From assembly GCF_009914755.1 (NCBI RefSeq), contig NC_060931.1: a stretch of DNA of 64,000 bases; one strand, 5' to 3'. The DNA is from the human T2T-CHM13v2.0 reference genome, Homo sapiens. Under the pieces are notes generated by a model that did not search any database, was not told the origin of the DNA, and saw only the letters and a program-made list of their open reading frames with translations. Positions 27,001 through 46,800 of the stretch are shown in pieces (position 1 is the stretch's first letter; the number at the start of each line of letters is the position of its first letter). Both the position numbers and the translations under genes were made by a program.

Positions 27001-30000
27001 TCATGTGTGAATTCATCTCACAGAGTTGAACATTTCTTTTCACTGAGCAGTTTGGAAACTGTTTTTTGTAGAATCTGCAAAGGGTTATTGTGAGCCCCAT
27101 TTCAGCCTATGGTGAAAAATGAAATATCTTCACATAAAGGCTAGACAGAATGTATTTGGGAAACTGCTTTGGATGTGTGCATTCATCTCACAGAGTTGAA
27201 CCTTTCTTTTGATTGAGAAGTTTGGAAACAGTCTGTTTGTAGAATTTGCAAAGGGTAATTTTGAGCAGTTTGAGGCCTATGGTGTAAAAGGAAATATCTT
27301 CACACAAAAACTAGACAGAAGCATTCTGAGAAACTTCTTTTTGAAGTTGGCATTCATCCACACAGACATGAACATTTCTTCTGATTGAGTGGTTTGGAAA
27401 CAATCTTTTTGTATAATCTGCAAAAGGATATTTGTGAGTGATTTTAGGCCTTTGGTAAAAAAGGAAATATTTTCACATAAAAAGTAGACAGACGCTTTCT
27501 GAGATACTTCTTTGTGATCCGTGCATTCATCTCACAGAGTTGAACTTTTCTTTAATTGAGCAGTTTGGAAACAGTCTTTTTTTAGAATATGCATGTGGAT
27601 ATTTGGAGCACTGTGAGGCCTGTGTTGAAAAACGAAATATCTTCACATGAAAACTAGACAGAAGCATTATGAGAAACAAATTTGTGGTGTGTGCATTCAC
27701 TTTGCAGAGTTGAACCTTTCTTTTAATTTAGCAGTTTGGAAACAGTCTTTTTCTAGAATCTGTGAAGGGATAATTGTGATCCCATTGAGACCTATGGTGA
27801 AAAAGGAAATTGCTTAAAATAAAAGCTAGACAAAAGCATTCTGAGAAATTTCTTTGTGAAGTGTGAATTCATCTCCCAGAATTGAACCTTTGCTTTCATT
27901 GAGAAGTTTGGAAACAGTCTTTTTGTAAAATCTGCAAAGAGATATTTGGAGCAATTTGTGGACTATGGTGAATAAGGAAAGATCTTCACATAAAAACTAG
28001 AAAGAAGCATTCAGAGAAACTTTTTTGTGATGTGTGCATTTATGTCACAGAGTTGAAAATTTCTTTTGATTGAGCAGTATGGAAACCGTCTTTTTTTAGA
28101 ATCTGCAAAAGGGTATTTGTGAGCTTTTTGAGGCCCATGGTGAAAAAGGAAATATCTTCACATAAAAACTAGACAGAAGTTTTCTGTCAAACTTCTTTGT
28201 GATATCTGCTTTCATCTCACAGAGTTGAACCACTCTTTTGATTGAGCAGTTTGGAAACAGCCTTTTGTAAAATCTCCAAATTGATATTGGGAGTGCTTTG
28301 AGGCATATGGTGAAAAACAAAATAACTTCACATTAAAACTACACAGAAGATTTCTGAGAAACTCCTCTGTGATGTGTGCATTCACTTCACAGATTTGAAC
28401 CTTTGTTTTGATTGAGCAGTTTGGAAACAGTCTTTTTATAGAATTTGTGAATGGACACTTGGAGTGCTTTGAGGCCTATTTTGAGAAAGTAATTATCGTC
28501 ACATAAAAACTGGACAGAAGTTTTCTGACAAATTTCTTTATGATATATGCATTCATCTTACAGAGTTGAACATTTCTTTTGATTGAGCCGTTTGGAAACA
28601 GTCTGTTTCTATAATCTGCAAAGGGTATTTGTGAGTGGATTGAGGCCTATGGTGAAAAAGGAAATATCTTCACATAAAAACTAGACAGAAACATTCCGAG
28701 AAACATCTTTTTGAGAAACATTTTTTTGATGTGTGCATTCATCTCACAGAGTTGAACATTTCTTTTGACTGAGCAGTATGGAAACAGTCTTTTTGTAGAA
28801 TCTGCCAAGGGGTATATGAGCGCTTTTTGGCCTATGGTGAAAAAGGGAAATATCTTCACATAAAGACTAGACAGAAGCTTTCCAAGAAACATATTTCTGA
28901 TGTGTGTATTCATCGCACAGAGTTGAAACTTTCTTTTCATTGAGCAGTTTGGGAAAAGTCTTTTTACAGAATCTGCAAAGGGATATTTATGAGCACTTTG
29001 AGGCCTATGGTGGAAAAGGAAATTTATTCACATAAAAAATAGACAGAAACATTCTGAGAAACTTCTTTGTGATGTGTGCATTCATCTCACAGAGTTGAAG
29101 CTTTCTTTTAATTGAGCAGTTTGGAAATGGTCTTTTTGTAGAATATTCAAGAAGATATTTTTGAGCGCCTTGAGGCCTATGGTGAGAAAGGATATATCTT
29201 CACATAAAAACTAGACAGAAGCTTTCTCAGAAACTTCTTTGTGATCTCTGCTTTCATCTCACAGAGCTGAACCTTTCTTTTGATTAAGCTGTTTGGAAAC
29301 GTTCTTTTTGTAGAATCTGTAAGGGGATATTTGTAAGCCAATAGAGACATATGGTGAAAAATGAAATATCTTCAAATAAAAAATAGAAGGAAGATTTCTG
29401 AAAACCTTATTTGTGATGTGTACCTTCACCTCACAGAGTTGAACCTTTTCTTTCATTGAGCAGTTTGGAAACAGTCTTTTATAGTATCTGCAAATGGATA
29501 ATTTGAGGGTTTTGAGGCCTATGGTGAAAAAGGAAATATCTTCACATAAAAACTACACAGAAGATTTCTGAGAAACTGCTTTATGATGAGTGCATTCATG
29601 TCACAGGTTTGAACTTTTCTTTTGATTGAGCAGTTTGGAAACAGTCTTTATGCAGAATCTGCAAAGGGATATATTTGAGCACTTTGAGGCCTATGGTGAG
29701 AAAGGGAATATCTTCACATAAAAACTAGACAGAAGCTTTCTGAGAAACTTCTTTGTGATGTGTGATTTAGTATCACAGATATGAACCTTTCTCTTGATTG
29801 AGCAGTTTGGAAACAGTCTTTTTTTGCAACCTGCAAATGAATATGTGGGACGTTTTGAGGCCTACGGTGAGAAAGGAAATATCTTCACATAAAAACTAGA
29901 CATAAGTTTTCTGAGAAACTGCTTTGTGATATGTGCATTCATCTCACAGAGTTGAACCTTACTTTTGTTTGAGCTCTTTGGAAATAGTCTTTAGGTAGAA

Positions 30001-31339
30001 TCCATAAAGGGTTATTTCTGAGCACTTTGAGGCCTTTGATGAAAAAGGAAATATCCTGACATAAAAACTAGATATAAGCTTTCTGAGAAATTTCTTTGTG
30101 ATGTGTGCTTTCATCTCACAGAGTTGAACATTTCTTTTGATTTAGCAGTTTGGAAACAGTTTTTTTGTAGAATCTGCAAACGGATACTGGGAGTACTTTG
30201 AGGCCTATAGTGTAAAGGGAAATATCTTCACATAAAAAGTAGACAGAAACATTCTGAGAAACTTCCTTGTGATGTGTGCATTCATCTCACAGAGTTGAAC
30301 CTTTCTTTTGATGGAACAGTTTGGAAACAGTGTGTTTGTAGAATCTGCAAAGGGTAATTTTGATTGGTATGAAGCCTATGGTGAAAAAGGAAATATCTTC
30401 ACATAAAACCCAGACAGAAGTCTCCTGACATACTTCATTGTGATGTGCGCATTCATCTCACATAGTTGAACCTTTCTTTTAATTGAGCAGTTTGGAAATA
30501 GTCTTTTTGTAGAATCTGCAAAGGGATATATGTGAGCAGTTTGAGGCCTATGGTGAAAAAGTAAATACCTTCACATACAAAGTAGACAGAAGCTTTCTGA
30601 GAAACTTCTTTGTGACGTCTGCTTCATCTCACAGAGATGAACTGTTCTTTTGATTGAGGAGTTTGGAAACAGTCTTTTTGTAAAATCCACAAAGGGATAT
30701 TCGTGAGCAGTTTGAGGTATGTGGTGAAAAAGGAAATATCTTCAGGTAAATACTAGACAGAAGCATTCTGGGAAACTTCTTTGTGACGTGTGCATTCATC
30801 TCACTGAGTTGATCTTTTCTTTTGATTGAGCAGTTTGGAAGCAGTCTTTTTGTAGTATCTGCAAAGGGATATTTTTGATATCTTTGAGGTGTATGGTGAA
30901 AAAGGAAATATCTTCACCTAAAAAATAGACAGAAGGTTTCTGAGAAACGTCTTTGTGATGTGTCCATTAATCTCACGGAGTTGAACCTTTCTTTTGGTTG
31001 AGCATTTTGGAAACAGTCTTTTTGTAGAATCTGCAAAGGGCTATTTTTGAGCCCTTTGAGATCTATGTTGAAAAAGGAAATATCTTCACATAAAAACTAG
31101 ACAAAGGGTTTCTGAGAAACTACTCTATGTTGTGTGCTTTCATGTCACAGAGTTGAACCTTTCTTTTGATTGATCAGTTTTGAAACAGTCTTTTTGTAGT
31201 ATCTGCAAAGGGATACTTGGAGCAATTTGAGGCCTATGTTTAAAAAGGAAATATCTTCAAATAAAGACTAGGCAGAAGCTGTTTGAGAAACTTCTTTGTG
31301 ATGTGTGTATTTATCTCAGAGAGTTGCACCTTTCTTTTG
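27001..31339 (+). repeat. Alpha satellite, monomeric block 3 (left of first L1)
   Basis: CTCTGTTC-type units are absent, and ATTTGGAG units (1 nt shorter) appear among ATTTGTGAG units from ~27600. Confidence 0.9.
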
Positions 31340-33774
<2,435 letters not shown>

Positions 33775-36700
33775 GGAAACAGTCTTTTTATAGAAACTGC
33801 AGAGGGATATTTGTGAGTGGTTTCAAAACTACGGTGGAAAAGGAAATATTGTCACATAAAAACTAGAGAGAAGCATTCTGAGAAACTTCTTTGTGATGTG
33901 TGCATTCATCTCACAGCGTTGAACCTTTCTTTTGATTGAGCAGTTTGGAAACAGTCTTTTTACAGTATCTGCAGATAGATATTTGGAGTGCTTTGCGGCG
34001 TATTGTGAAAAAATAAATATCTTCACATCAAAAGTAGACAGAAACTTTCTGAGAAACTATTTTGTGATGTGTGCTTTCATCTCCATTGTTGAACATTTCT
34101 TTCCATTGAGCAGTTTGGAAACAATCTTTTTGTAGAATCTGCAAAGGGATATTTGTGAGCCCTTTGAGGCCCATGGTAAAAAATGAAATATCTTCACATA
34201 AAAACTAGACTTTAGCTTTCTGAGAAACTTCTTTCTGATGTGTGCTTTCTTTTCTCAGAGTTGAACCATTCTTTTGATTGAACAGTTTGGAAACAGTCTT
34301 TTTGTAGAATCTTCAAATGGGTATTTGGAGCACTTTGAGGCCTGTGGTGAAAAAGGAAATATCTTCACAAAAAAACTAGACAGAATCTTTCTTAGAAACT
34401 TCTTTGTGTTTTGTGCATTCACCTCACAGATTTGACCCTTCCTTTTCATTGAGCAGTTTGGAAACAGTCTTTTTGTAGAGTCTGCAAAAGGATATTTGGA
34501 GCACTTTGAGCCCTTTGGTGAAAAAGGAAATATATTCACGTGAAAAGTAGACAGAAGATTTCTGAGAAACTTCTCTGTGATGTGTGCATTCACATCACAG
34601 ACTTGAACCTTTCTTTTGATTGAGCAGTTTGGATATATTCTTTTTGTGCAATCTGCAAAGGGCTATTTCTGAAAGACTTTAGGCCTATGGAGAAAGAGAA
34701 ATATCTTCATATGAAAATTAGAAGCATTCTGAGAAACCTCTTTGTGATGTGTGCATTCATCTCACAGAGTTGAAAATTTCTTTGGATTGAGCAGTTCGTA
34801 AACAGTATTTTTGTAGAATCTGCAAAAGGATATTTGAGAGCTCATTGAGGCCTATGGTGAAATAGGAAACATCTTCACCTAAAAACTAGACAGAAGTTTT
34901 CTGAGAAACGCCTTTGTGATGTGTGCTTTCATCTCACAGATTTGAACCATTGTTTGATTTGAGCAGTTTGGAAACACCTATTTGCAGAATCCGCCAAGGG
35001 ATATTTGGAGAGCTTTGTGGCCCATGGTTAAAAAGGAAATATCTTCACATAAAAACTAGAAAGAAGCATTCTCAGAAAATTATTTGTGATGTGTGCATTC
35101 ATCTCACAGAATTGAACCTTTCTTTTCATTGAGCAGTTTGGAAACACTCTTTTTCTGGGATTTGCAGAGGGATAATCGTGAGTGGTTTGGGGCCTATGGT
35201 GAAAAAGGAAATATCTTCAAATAAAAACTAGATGGGGGATTTTTGAGAAACTTCTTTGTGATGTGTGCATTCGTCTCACAGTGTTGAACCTTTCTTTCGA
35301 TTGAGCACTTTGGAAAGAGTATTTTTGTAGAATCTGCAAATGGATATTTGGAGTGCTTTGAGGCCCATGGTGTAAAAGGAAATATCTTCACATTAAAACT
35401 AGACAGAAGCTTTCTGAGAGACTCCTTTGCAATGTGTGCATTCATCTCACAGAGCTCAACCTTCCTTTTGACTGAACACTTTGGAAACAGTCTTTTTGTA
35501 GAATCTGCAAATGGATATTTGGAGTGCTTTGAGGCCCATGGTGGAAATGGAAATATCTTCACATAAAAGCTAGACGGAAAATTTCTGAGAAACTTCTTTG
35601 TGTTGTGTGCTTTCATCTCACACAGTTGAACTTTCTTTTGATTGAGCAGATGGGAAACAGTCTTTCTGTAGAATCTGCAATGAGTTAATTGTGAGCCCTT
35701 TGAGGGCTATGGTGAAAAATGAAATATCTTCTCATAAAAACTAGACTTCAGCTTTCTGAGAAACTCCTTTGTAATGTGCACCCTCATCTCTCAGAGTTGA
35801 ATCTTTTGATTGAGCAGCAGTGAAACAATCTTTTTGTAGAATCTGCTAATGGATACTTGTTACGCTTTGAGGACTTTGGTGAAAAAGGAAAGAACTTCAC
35901 GTACAAACTAGACAGAAGCTTTCTGAGAAACTCCTTTGTGATATGTGCTTTCCTCTCACAGAGTTGAACCTTTCTCTTCACTGAGCAGTTTGGTAACCGT
36001 CTTTTTGTAGAATCTGCAGAGAGATATTTGTGAGGGGTTTGAGGCCTCTGGTGAAAAAGGAAATATCTTCACATAAAATCTAGACAGAAAGTTTTTGAGA
36101 AAGTTCTCTGTGTTGTGTACTTTCATCTCACAGAGTTGAACCTTTGTTTTGATTGATCAGTTTTGAAACAGTCTTTTTGTAGGATCTGCAATGGGATACA
36201 TTGAGCAATTTGGGGCGTATGGTGAAAAAGGAAATATCTTCACATAAAAGCTAGACAGAAAGCTTTATGAGAAACTCCTTTGTGATGTGTGCATTCCTCT
36301 CCCAGGTTTGAACCTTTCTTTTCAGTGAGCAGTTTGGAAACAGTGTTTATGTAGAATCTGCAAAGGCATATTTGGATTGCTTCGGGGCCTGTGGTGAATA
36401 AGGAATTATCTTCACTTAAAAGTAGACAGAAGTTTTCTGAGAAACTTCTATGTTATGTGTGCATTCATCTCACTGAGTTGAAACTTTGTTTTGTTTGAGC
36501 AGTTTGGAGACAGTCTTTTTGTAGAATCTGTGAAGGGATATTTGTGAGTGGTTTTGGGACTATGGTGAAAAAGGAAATATCTTCACATAGAAAATGGAAT
36601 CTTTCTGGGAAAATTCTTTGTGATGTGTGCATTAGTCTCAAGGAGTTGAACCATTTTTGATTCAGTGGTTGGAAACAGTCTTTTTGTGGAATCTACAAAC

Positions 36701-37513
36701 GGATATTTCTGAGTCCTTTGAGGACTATGTTGAAAAAGGAAATATGTTCATATGGAAACTAGACAGAACCTTTCTAAGAAACTTCTCTCTGTTGTGGGAT
36801 TTCACCTCACCGTGTTGAAGCTTTCTTTTGAGTGATCAGTTTGGAAAAACTCTTTTTGTAGAATCTGCAAAGGGATATTGGAGCAATTTGAGGCCTATGG
36901 TGGAAAAGGAAATATCTTCAAATGAAAACTAGACAGAGTCTTTCTGAGAAACTTCTTTGTGAGGTGTGCTTTCGTCTCAGAGAATTGCATCTTTCTTTTG
37001 ATTAAGCAGTTTGGAAACAGTCTTTTTGCAATATCTGCAAAGGGATATTTGTAGCAGTTTGAGGTCTATGGTGAAAAAGGAAATATCGTCACATAAAAAA
37101 CAGACAGAATATTTCTGGGAAAATTCTTTGTGATGTGTGCATTAGTCTCAAGGAGTTAAAACTTTCTTTTGATTCAGCAGTTGGAAAGAGTGTTTTTGTA
37201 GAATCTACAAAGGGATATTTCTGAGTCCTTTGAGCCTATGTTGAAAAACGAAATATGTTCAGATAGAAACTAAACAGAAGCTTTCTGAGAAACTTCTTTG
37301 TGATGTGTGCATTCGGCTCCCGGAGTTTAACCTCTCTTCTGATTATGCAGTTTGGAAAGAGTCTTTTTCTAGAATTGGCAATGGGATATTTGTGAGCAGT
37401 TCGAGGCCTCTGGTGAGAAAGGAATTATCTTCACATAAAAACTAGACAGAAGCTTTCTGAGAAACTTATTCGTGATGTGCACATTCGTCTGACTGAGTTC
37501 AACGTTTCTTTTC
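33775..37513 (+). repeat. Alpha satellite, monomeric block 3 (between the L1s)
   Basis: About 22 divergent ~171-bp units resuming at GGAAACAGTCTTTT. Confidence 0.95.
37501..37513 (+). repeat. Target-site duplication of L1 copy B (AACGTTTCTTTTC; partner AACCTTTCTTTTC at 40881-40893)
   Basis: 13-bp direct repeat with one mismatch flanking the element. The alpha monomer continues in register (ATTGAG) after 40893. Confidence 0.8.
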
Positions 37514-37668
37514 TTTTTTTATCTTTTTTTTAAAATTATTATTATACTTTAAGTTTTAGGGTACATGTGCACAATGTGCAGGTTAGTTACATATGTATAC
37601 ATATGCCATGCTGGTGTGCTGCACCAATTAACTCATCATTTAGCATTAGGTATATCACCTAATGCTAT

Positions 37669-37690
37669 CCCTCCCCCCTCCCCCCACCCC
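37669..37690 (-). other. L1 3'UTR G-rich polypurine tract (potential G-quadruplex)
   Basis: Plus strand CCCTCCCCCCTCCCCCCACCCC gives four G-runs on the L1 sense strand, a known L1PA 3'UTR feature. Confidence 0.85.
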
Positions 37691-37745
37691 ACAACAGTCC
37701 CCAGAGTGTGAAGTTCCCCTTCCTGTGTCCATGTGTCCTCATTGT

Positions 37746-40854
<3,109 letters not shown>

Positions 40855-40880
40855 AAGGTTTTCACTCAAAATGCACTCAA

Positions 40881-43800
40881 AACCTTTCTTTTCATTGAGG
40901 AGTTTGGAAACAGTCTTTTTGTAGAATCTGTAAACGAATATTTGGAGCTTTTTGAGGCCTATGAAGGAAAAGGAAATATCTTCACAGGAAAAGTAGACAG
41001 AAGAATTATGGGAAACTGCTGTGTGATGTATGCATTCATCTCCCAGAGTTGAACCTTCCTTTTCATTGAGCGGTTTGGAAACAGTCTTTTTGTAGAGTCT
41101 GCATTAAGGTATTTGGAGTGCTTTGGGGCCTGTGGTGAATAAGGAAATATCTTCACAAAAAAACTATACTGAATCTTTCTGAGAAAATTATTTGTGAAGA
41201 GTGCATTCATCTCACAGAGTTCAACCTTTATTTTGATTGAGCAGTTTGGAAACAGTCTTTTTGTAGAATCTGCAAAGGGATAATAGGAGCATTTTAAGGC
41301 CTATGGTGTAAAAGGATATATCCTCAATGAAAAACTACACAGAGATTTTCTGAAAAACCTCTTTGTGATGTACGCATTCATCTCACAGAGTTCAACCCTT
41401 CCTTTGATGGAGCAGTTTGGAAACATAAACAGTCTTTTTGAAGAATCTACCAAGGGATATTTGGAGCGCTTTGGGGCCTATGGTGAAAAAGGAAATACCT
41501 TCACATAAAAACGAGACATAAGTTTTCTGAGAAACTTCTTTGTGATGTGTGCATTCATCTCCCAGAGTTGAACCTATCTTTTCATTGATCAGTTTGGAAA
41601 CACTGTTTTTGTAGTTTCTGCAAAGGGATATTTGGAGCACTTTGGGGCCTGTGATAAATAAGGAAATATCTTCACATAAAGGTAGGTGAAGTTTTCTGAG
41701 AAACTTCTTTGTTATGTATGCATTCACTTCATTGAGTTGAAATTTTCTTTCGATTGAGCAGTTTGGAGACAGTCTTTTTGTAGAATCTGCAAACGGATGT
41801 TTGTGAGCAGTTTTCACACACAAAACATAGGTTTTGGCCTATGGTGAAAAAGGAAATATCTTCGCACAGAAACATTCTGAGAAACTTGTTTGTGATGTGT
41901 GCATTCATCTCACAGAGTTGAACCTTTCTTTTTTTTGAGCAGTTTGGAAACCGTCTTTTTGTAGAATCTGTGAAGGGATATTTGTGATCACTTTGAGGCC
42001 TGTGTTGAAAAAGGAAATATCTTCACATTAAAACTAGACCGAAACTTTGTGAGAAACTTCTTTGTGATGTGTGCATTCGTCTCACAGAGTTGAAACTTTC
42101 TTTTAATAGAGCAGTTTGGAAACAGTCTGTTTGTAGAATATGCAAATTGATATTTGTGAGCGGTTTGAGGATTATTGTGAAAAAGGTAATATCTTCACAT
42201 AAAAACTAGACAGAAGTCTTCTGAGAAACTTCTCTGTGTTGTGTGATTTCATCTCACAGTGTTGAAACTTTCTTTTGATTGATCAGTTTGGAAACAGTCT
42301 TGTTGTAGAATCTGCAAAGGGATATTGGAGCACTTTGAGGCCTGTGGTGAAAAAGGAAATATCTTCAAATAAAAACTAGACAGAGACTTTCTGAGAAACT
42401 TCTTTGTGATGTGTGCTTTCATCTCAGAGAGTTGCACCTTTGTTTTGATTAAGCAGTTTTGAAACCATCTTTTTGAAATATCTGCAAAGGGATACTTGTA
42501 GCAGTTTGAGGCGTATGGTTAAAAAGGAAATATCTTCACATAAAAAATAGACAGAATCTTTCTGGGAAAATTCTTTGTGATGTGTGCATTAGTCTCAAGG
42601 AGTTGAACCTTACTTTTGATTCAGCACTTGGAAACAGTCTTTCTGTAGATCTCCAGATGGATATTTCTGGAGTCCTTTGAGGTCTATGTTGATAAAGGAA
42701 ATATGTTCATATAAAAACTAGACAGTAGCTTTGTGAGAAACTTGTCTGTGTTGTGTGCTTTCATCTCACAGTGTTGAACCTTTCTTTTGATAGATCAGTT
42801 TGGAAACACTCCTTTTGTAGAATCTGCAAAGGGATATTGGAGCACTTTGAGGCCTCTGTTGAAAAAGAAAATATCTTCAAATAAAAACTAGACAGAAACT
42901 TTCTGAGAAACTTCTTTGTGATGTGTGCATTCATCTCACAGAGTTCAAACTTTCTTTTCATTGAGCAGTTTGGAAACAGTCTTTTTGTAGAGTCTGCAAA
43001 TGGATATTTGGAGCGCCTTGAGGCCTATGGTGAAAAAGGAAATAGCTTCACATAAAAACTAGACATAAGGTTTCCGAATAACTTCTTTGTGATGTGTGCA
43101 TTCATCTCACAGATTTCAACCTTTCCTTTCATTGAGCAGTTTGGAAACAGTCTTTCTGCAGAATCTGCAAGGGGATACTTGGAGCGCTTTGAGGACTATA
43201 GTGAATAAGGAAAATATTCGCAGAAAAACTAGACAGAAGCCTGCTGAGCAACTTTTTGTGATGTGTGCAGTCGTCTTTCAAAGCCGAAGCAGTTTTTTGA
43301 TTGAGCAGTTTGATAACCGTGTTTTTGTAGAATCTGAAAAGGGATATTTGTGAGGCCTTTGTGGGCTACCGTGAGAAAGGAAATATCTTCATGTAAAAAC
43401 TAGACATAAGCTTTCTGAGAAATTTTTTGTGATGTGTGCATTCATCTCACAGGGTTGAACCTTCCTTTTGATTTAGCATTTTGGAAATAGTCTTTTTGTG
43501 GAATCTGCAAAGGGATATTTAGAGTGCTTTGGGGCCTGTGGAAAATAAGGTAATATATTCACATGAAATATAGACAGAACTATTCTGATAAAATTCTTTG
43601 TGATGTGTGCATTCATCTCACAGAGTTAAAGATTTCCTTTGATTGAGGAGTTTGGAGGCTGTATTTTTGTAGAGTCTACAAAGGGATAACTGTGAGGGTT
43701 TTGGGGCCTATAGTTAAAAAGGAAATAGCTTCACATAAAAAGTAGAAAGAAGCATTCTGAGAAACTTCTTTGTGATATGTGCATTCATCTCAGAGAGTTG

Positions 43801-46800
43801 AACCTTTCTCTTGATTGAGGAGTTTGTAAGCAGTCTTTTTGTAGAATCTGAAAAGGGATATTTGTGAGCGGTCTGAGGCCTATGTTGAAAAAGGAAATAT
43901 CTTCACATAAACACTAGAAAGAAGTTTTCTGAGGAACTTCTCTCTGTTGTGAGATTTCTTCTCACAGAGTTTAACATTTCTTTTGATTTATCAGTTTGGA
44001 AACAGTCTTTTTGAGAATCTGTGAATGGATATATGGAGCTCTTTGGGACAAATGGTGAAAAGGGAAATACCTCAACATAAAAACTAGAGAGAAGATTTCT
44101 GGGAAACTTCTTGTGATGTGTGGCTTCTTCTCGCAGAGCTGACCCTTTTATCTGATTGAACAGTTTGGAAACAGTCTTTTTGTAGAATCTGCGAAGGGAT
44201 GTTTGTTGCTCTTTGGGGTGAATGGTGAAAAACAAAATATCTACACATAAAAACTAGACCAAACCTTTCTGAGAAACTTCTTTGTGATGTGTCCATTCAT
44301 CTCCCAGAGTTCAACTTTTGCTTTCATTGAGCAGTTTGCAAACAGTCTTTTTGTAGAATCTGCAAATGGATATTTGGAGTGCTTTGTGGCCTGTGGTGAA
44401 AAAGGAAGATTCTTCACATAAAAGCTAGACAGAAGCTTTATGAGAAACTCCTTTGTGATGTGTGCATTCATCTCACAGAGTTGAATCTTTCTTTTCATTG
44501 AGCAGTTTGGAAACAGTCTTTTTGTAGAATCTGCAAAGGGATATTTGGAGTGCTTTGAGGCACGTGTTGAATAAGAAAAATCTTCACTTAAAAAATAGAC
44601 AGGAATGTTCTGAGAAACTTCCTTGTCATGTGTGCTTTCATCTCACAGAGTTGAACCTTTCTTTTGGTTGAGCAGTTTGGAAACAGTCTTTTTGTAGAAT
44701 CTGTAAATTGATATTCAGAGCAATTTGGGGCCCATGGATAGAAAGGAAATATCTCCACAAAAAAACTACACAAAAGCTTTCTCAGAAACTGCTTTGAGAT
44801 GTGTGCATTCATCTCACAGAGTTGAGGCTTTTTTTTTGATTGAGCAGTTTGGAAACAGCCTTTTTGTAGGATCTGCCAAGGGATATTTGGGGCGCATTGA
44901 GGCCTATGGTGGAAAAGGAAATATCTTCACATAAAAAGTAGAAGAAGCTTTCAGAGAAACTACTCTGTGTTGCGTGCTTTCATCTCACAGAATTGAACTT
45001 TTCTTTGATTGATCAGTTTGGAAACACTCTTTTTGTAGAATCTTCAAAGGGATAATTGGAGGACTTTGTTGCCCACTGTGAAAATGTAAATATCTTCAAA
45101 TAATAAGTAGACAGAAGGTTTTCGAGAAAACTCTGTGATGTGAGCATTCCTCTCACAGAGTTGAACCTTTGTTTTGATTAAGCATTTTGGAAAAGTCCTT
45201 TTTTATAATCTGCCAAGGGATATTTTTGAGCGGTTGGAGGCCTATGGTGAAAAAGGAAATATCTTCACATAAAAAATAGACAGAAGATTTTTGAGAAACT
45301 TCTTTTGATGTGTGCATTCATCTCAAACAGTTGAACCTATCTTTTGATTGAGTAGTTTGGAAGCAGACTTTTTGTAGAATCTGCCAAAGGGACATTTGTA
45401 CCACATTGAGGCATATTGTGAAAATGAAATATCCTCACATAAAAACTAGACAGAATCTTTCTGAGAAACTTCTTAGTGAAGTGTGCATTCATCTCACAGA
45501 GTTCAACCTTTCTTGTCATTGACCAGTTTGGAAACATTCTTTTTGTAGAATCTGCATATGGATATTTGGAGTGCTTTGAGACCTACAGTGAAATACAAAA
45601 TATCTTCATATAAAAACTAGGGAGAAGCTTTCTGAGAAACTTCCTTGTGATGTGTGCTTTCATCTGATAGAGTTGAACGTTTCTTTTCATTGAGTAGTTT
45701 GAAACAGTCTTTTTGTAGAATCTGCAAAGGGATATTTGTGAGCGGTTTGAGGCTTATGGTGAAAAAGGAATTATCTTCCCATAAAAACTAGACAGAAGAT
45801 TTTTGAGAAACTTCTTTGTGATGTTTGCATTCATCTCACGAAGTTGAAGCTTTCTTTTCACTGAGCAGTTTGGAAACAGTCTTCTTGTACAATCAGCAAA
45901 GGGATACTCCTGAGCATTTTGAGGCCTATGTTGAAAAGGAAATATCTTTAAATAAAAACTAGAGAGAAGCATTCTGAGAAAGTTCTTTGTGATGTGTGCA
46001 TTCTTCTCACAGAGTTGAACCTTTCTTATGATTGAGCAGTTGGGAAACAGTCTTTTTGTAGGATCTGCAAAAGGATATTTGTGAGCAGTTTGAGTCCTAT
46101 GGTGAAATAGAAAATATCTTCATATGAAAACTAGACAGAATCTTTCAGAGAAACTTCTTTGGAAATGAGCATTCATCTCACAGAGTTCAAACTTTCTTTT
46201 GATTGAGCAGTTTGGAAACAGTCCTTTTGTAAAATCAGCAAATGGATATTTGGAGCACTTTGAGGCCTACGTTGAAAAACGAAATATCTTCACATAAAAA
46301 ATAGAAGCTTTCTGAGAAACTTCTTTTTGATGTGTGCATTCATCCCACAGGGTTGAACCTTTCTTTTGATTGCTCAGTTTGCAAACAGTCTTTGTGTAGA
46401 ATCTGCAAAGCGATATTTGGGAGTGGTTTGAGGACTATGGTGAAAAAGGAAATATCTCCCCATAAAAACTAGACAGAAGATTTTTGAGAAACTTCTTCGT
46501 GATTTTTGCATTCACCTCACTGAGTTGAAACCTTCTTTTTACTGAGCAGTTTGGAAACCGTCTTTTTGTACAATCGGCAAACGAATATTTCTGAGCGTTT
46601 TGAGGCCTATATTGGAAAGGACATATCTTCACATAAAAACTAGACAGAAGCATTCTCAGAAACTTCTTTGTGATGTGTGCATTCTTCTCACAGAGTTGAA
46701 CATTTCTTATGATTGAGCAGTTTGGAAACAGTCTGTTTGTCGGATCTACAAAGGGATACTTGTGAGCAGTTTGAGGCCTGTGGTGAAATAGGAAATATCT

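Noticed and set aside
46264-46286. CENP-B-box-like GGCCTACGTTGAAAAACGAAAT (similar at ~27618 and ~37234)
   Set aside because: It lacks the required TTCG and CGGG of NTTCGNNNNANNCGGGN and is better explained as a mutated A-box. No intact CENP-B box was seen by eye; a motif scan would confirm.
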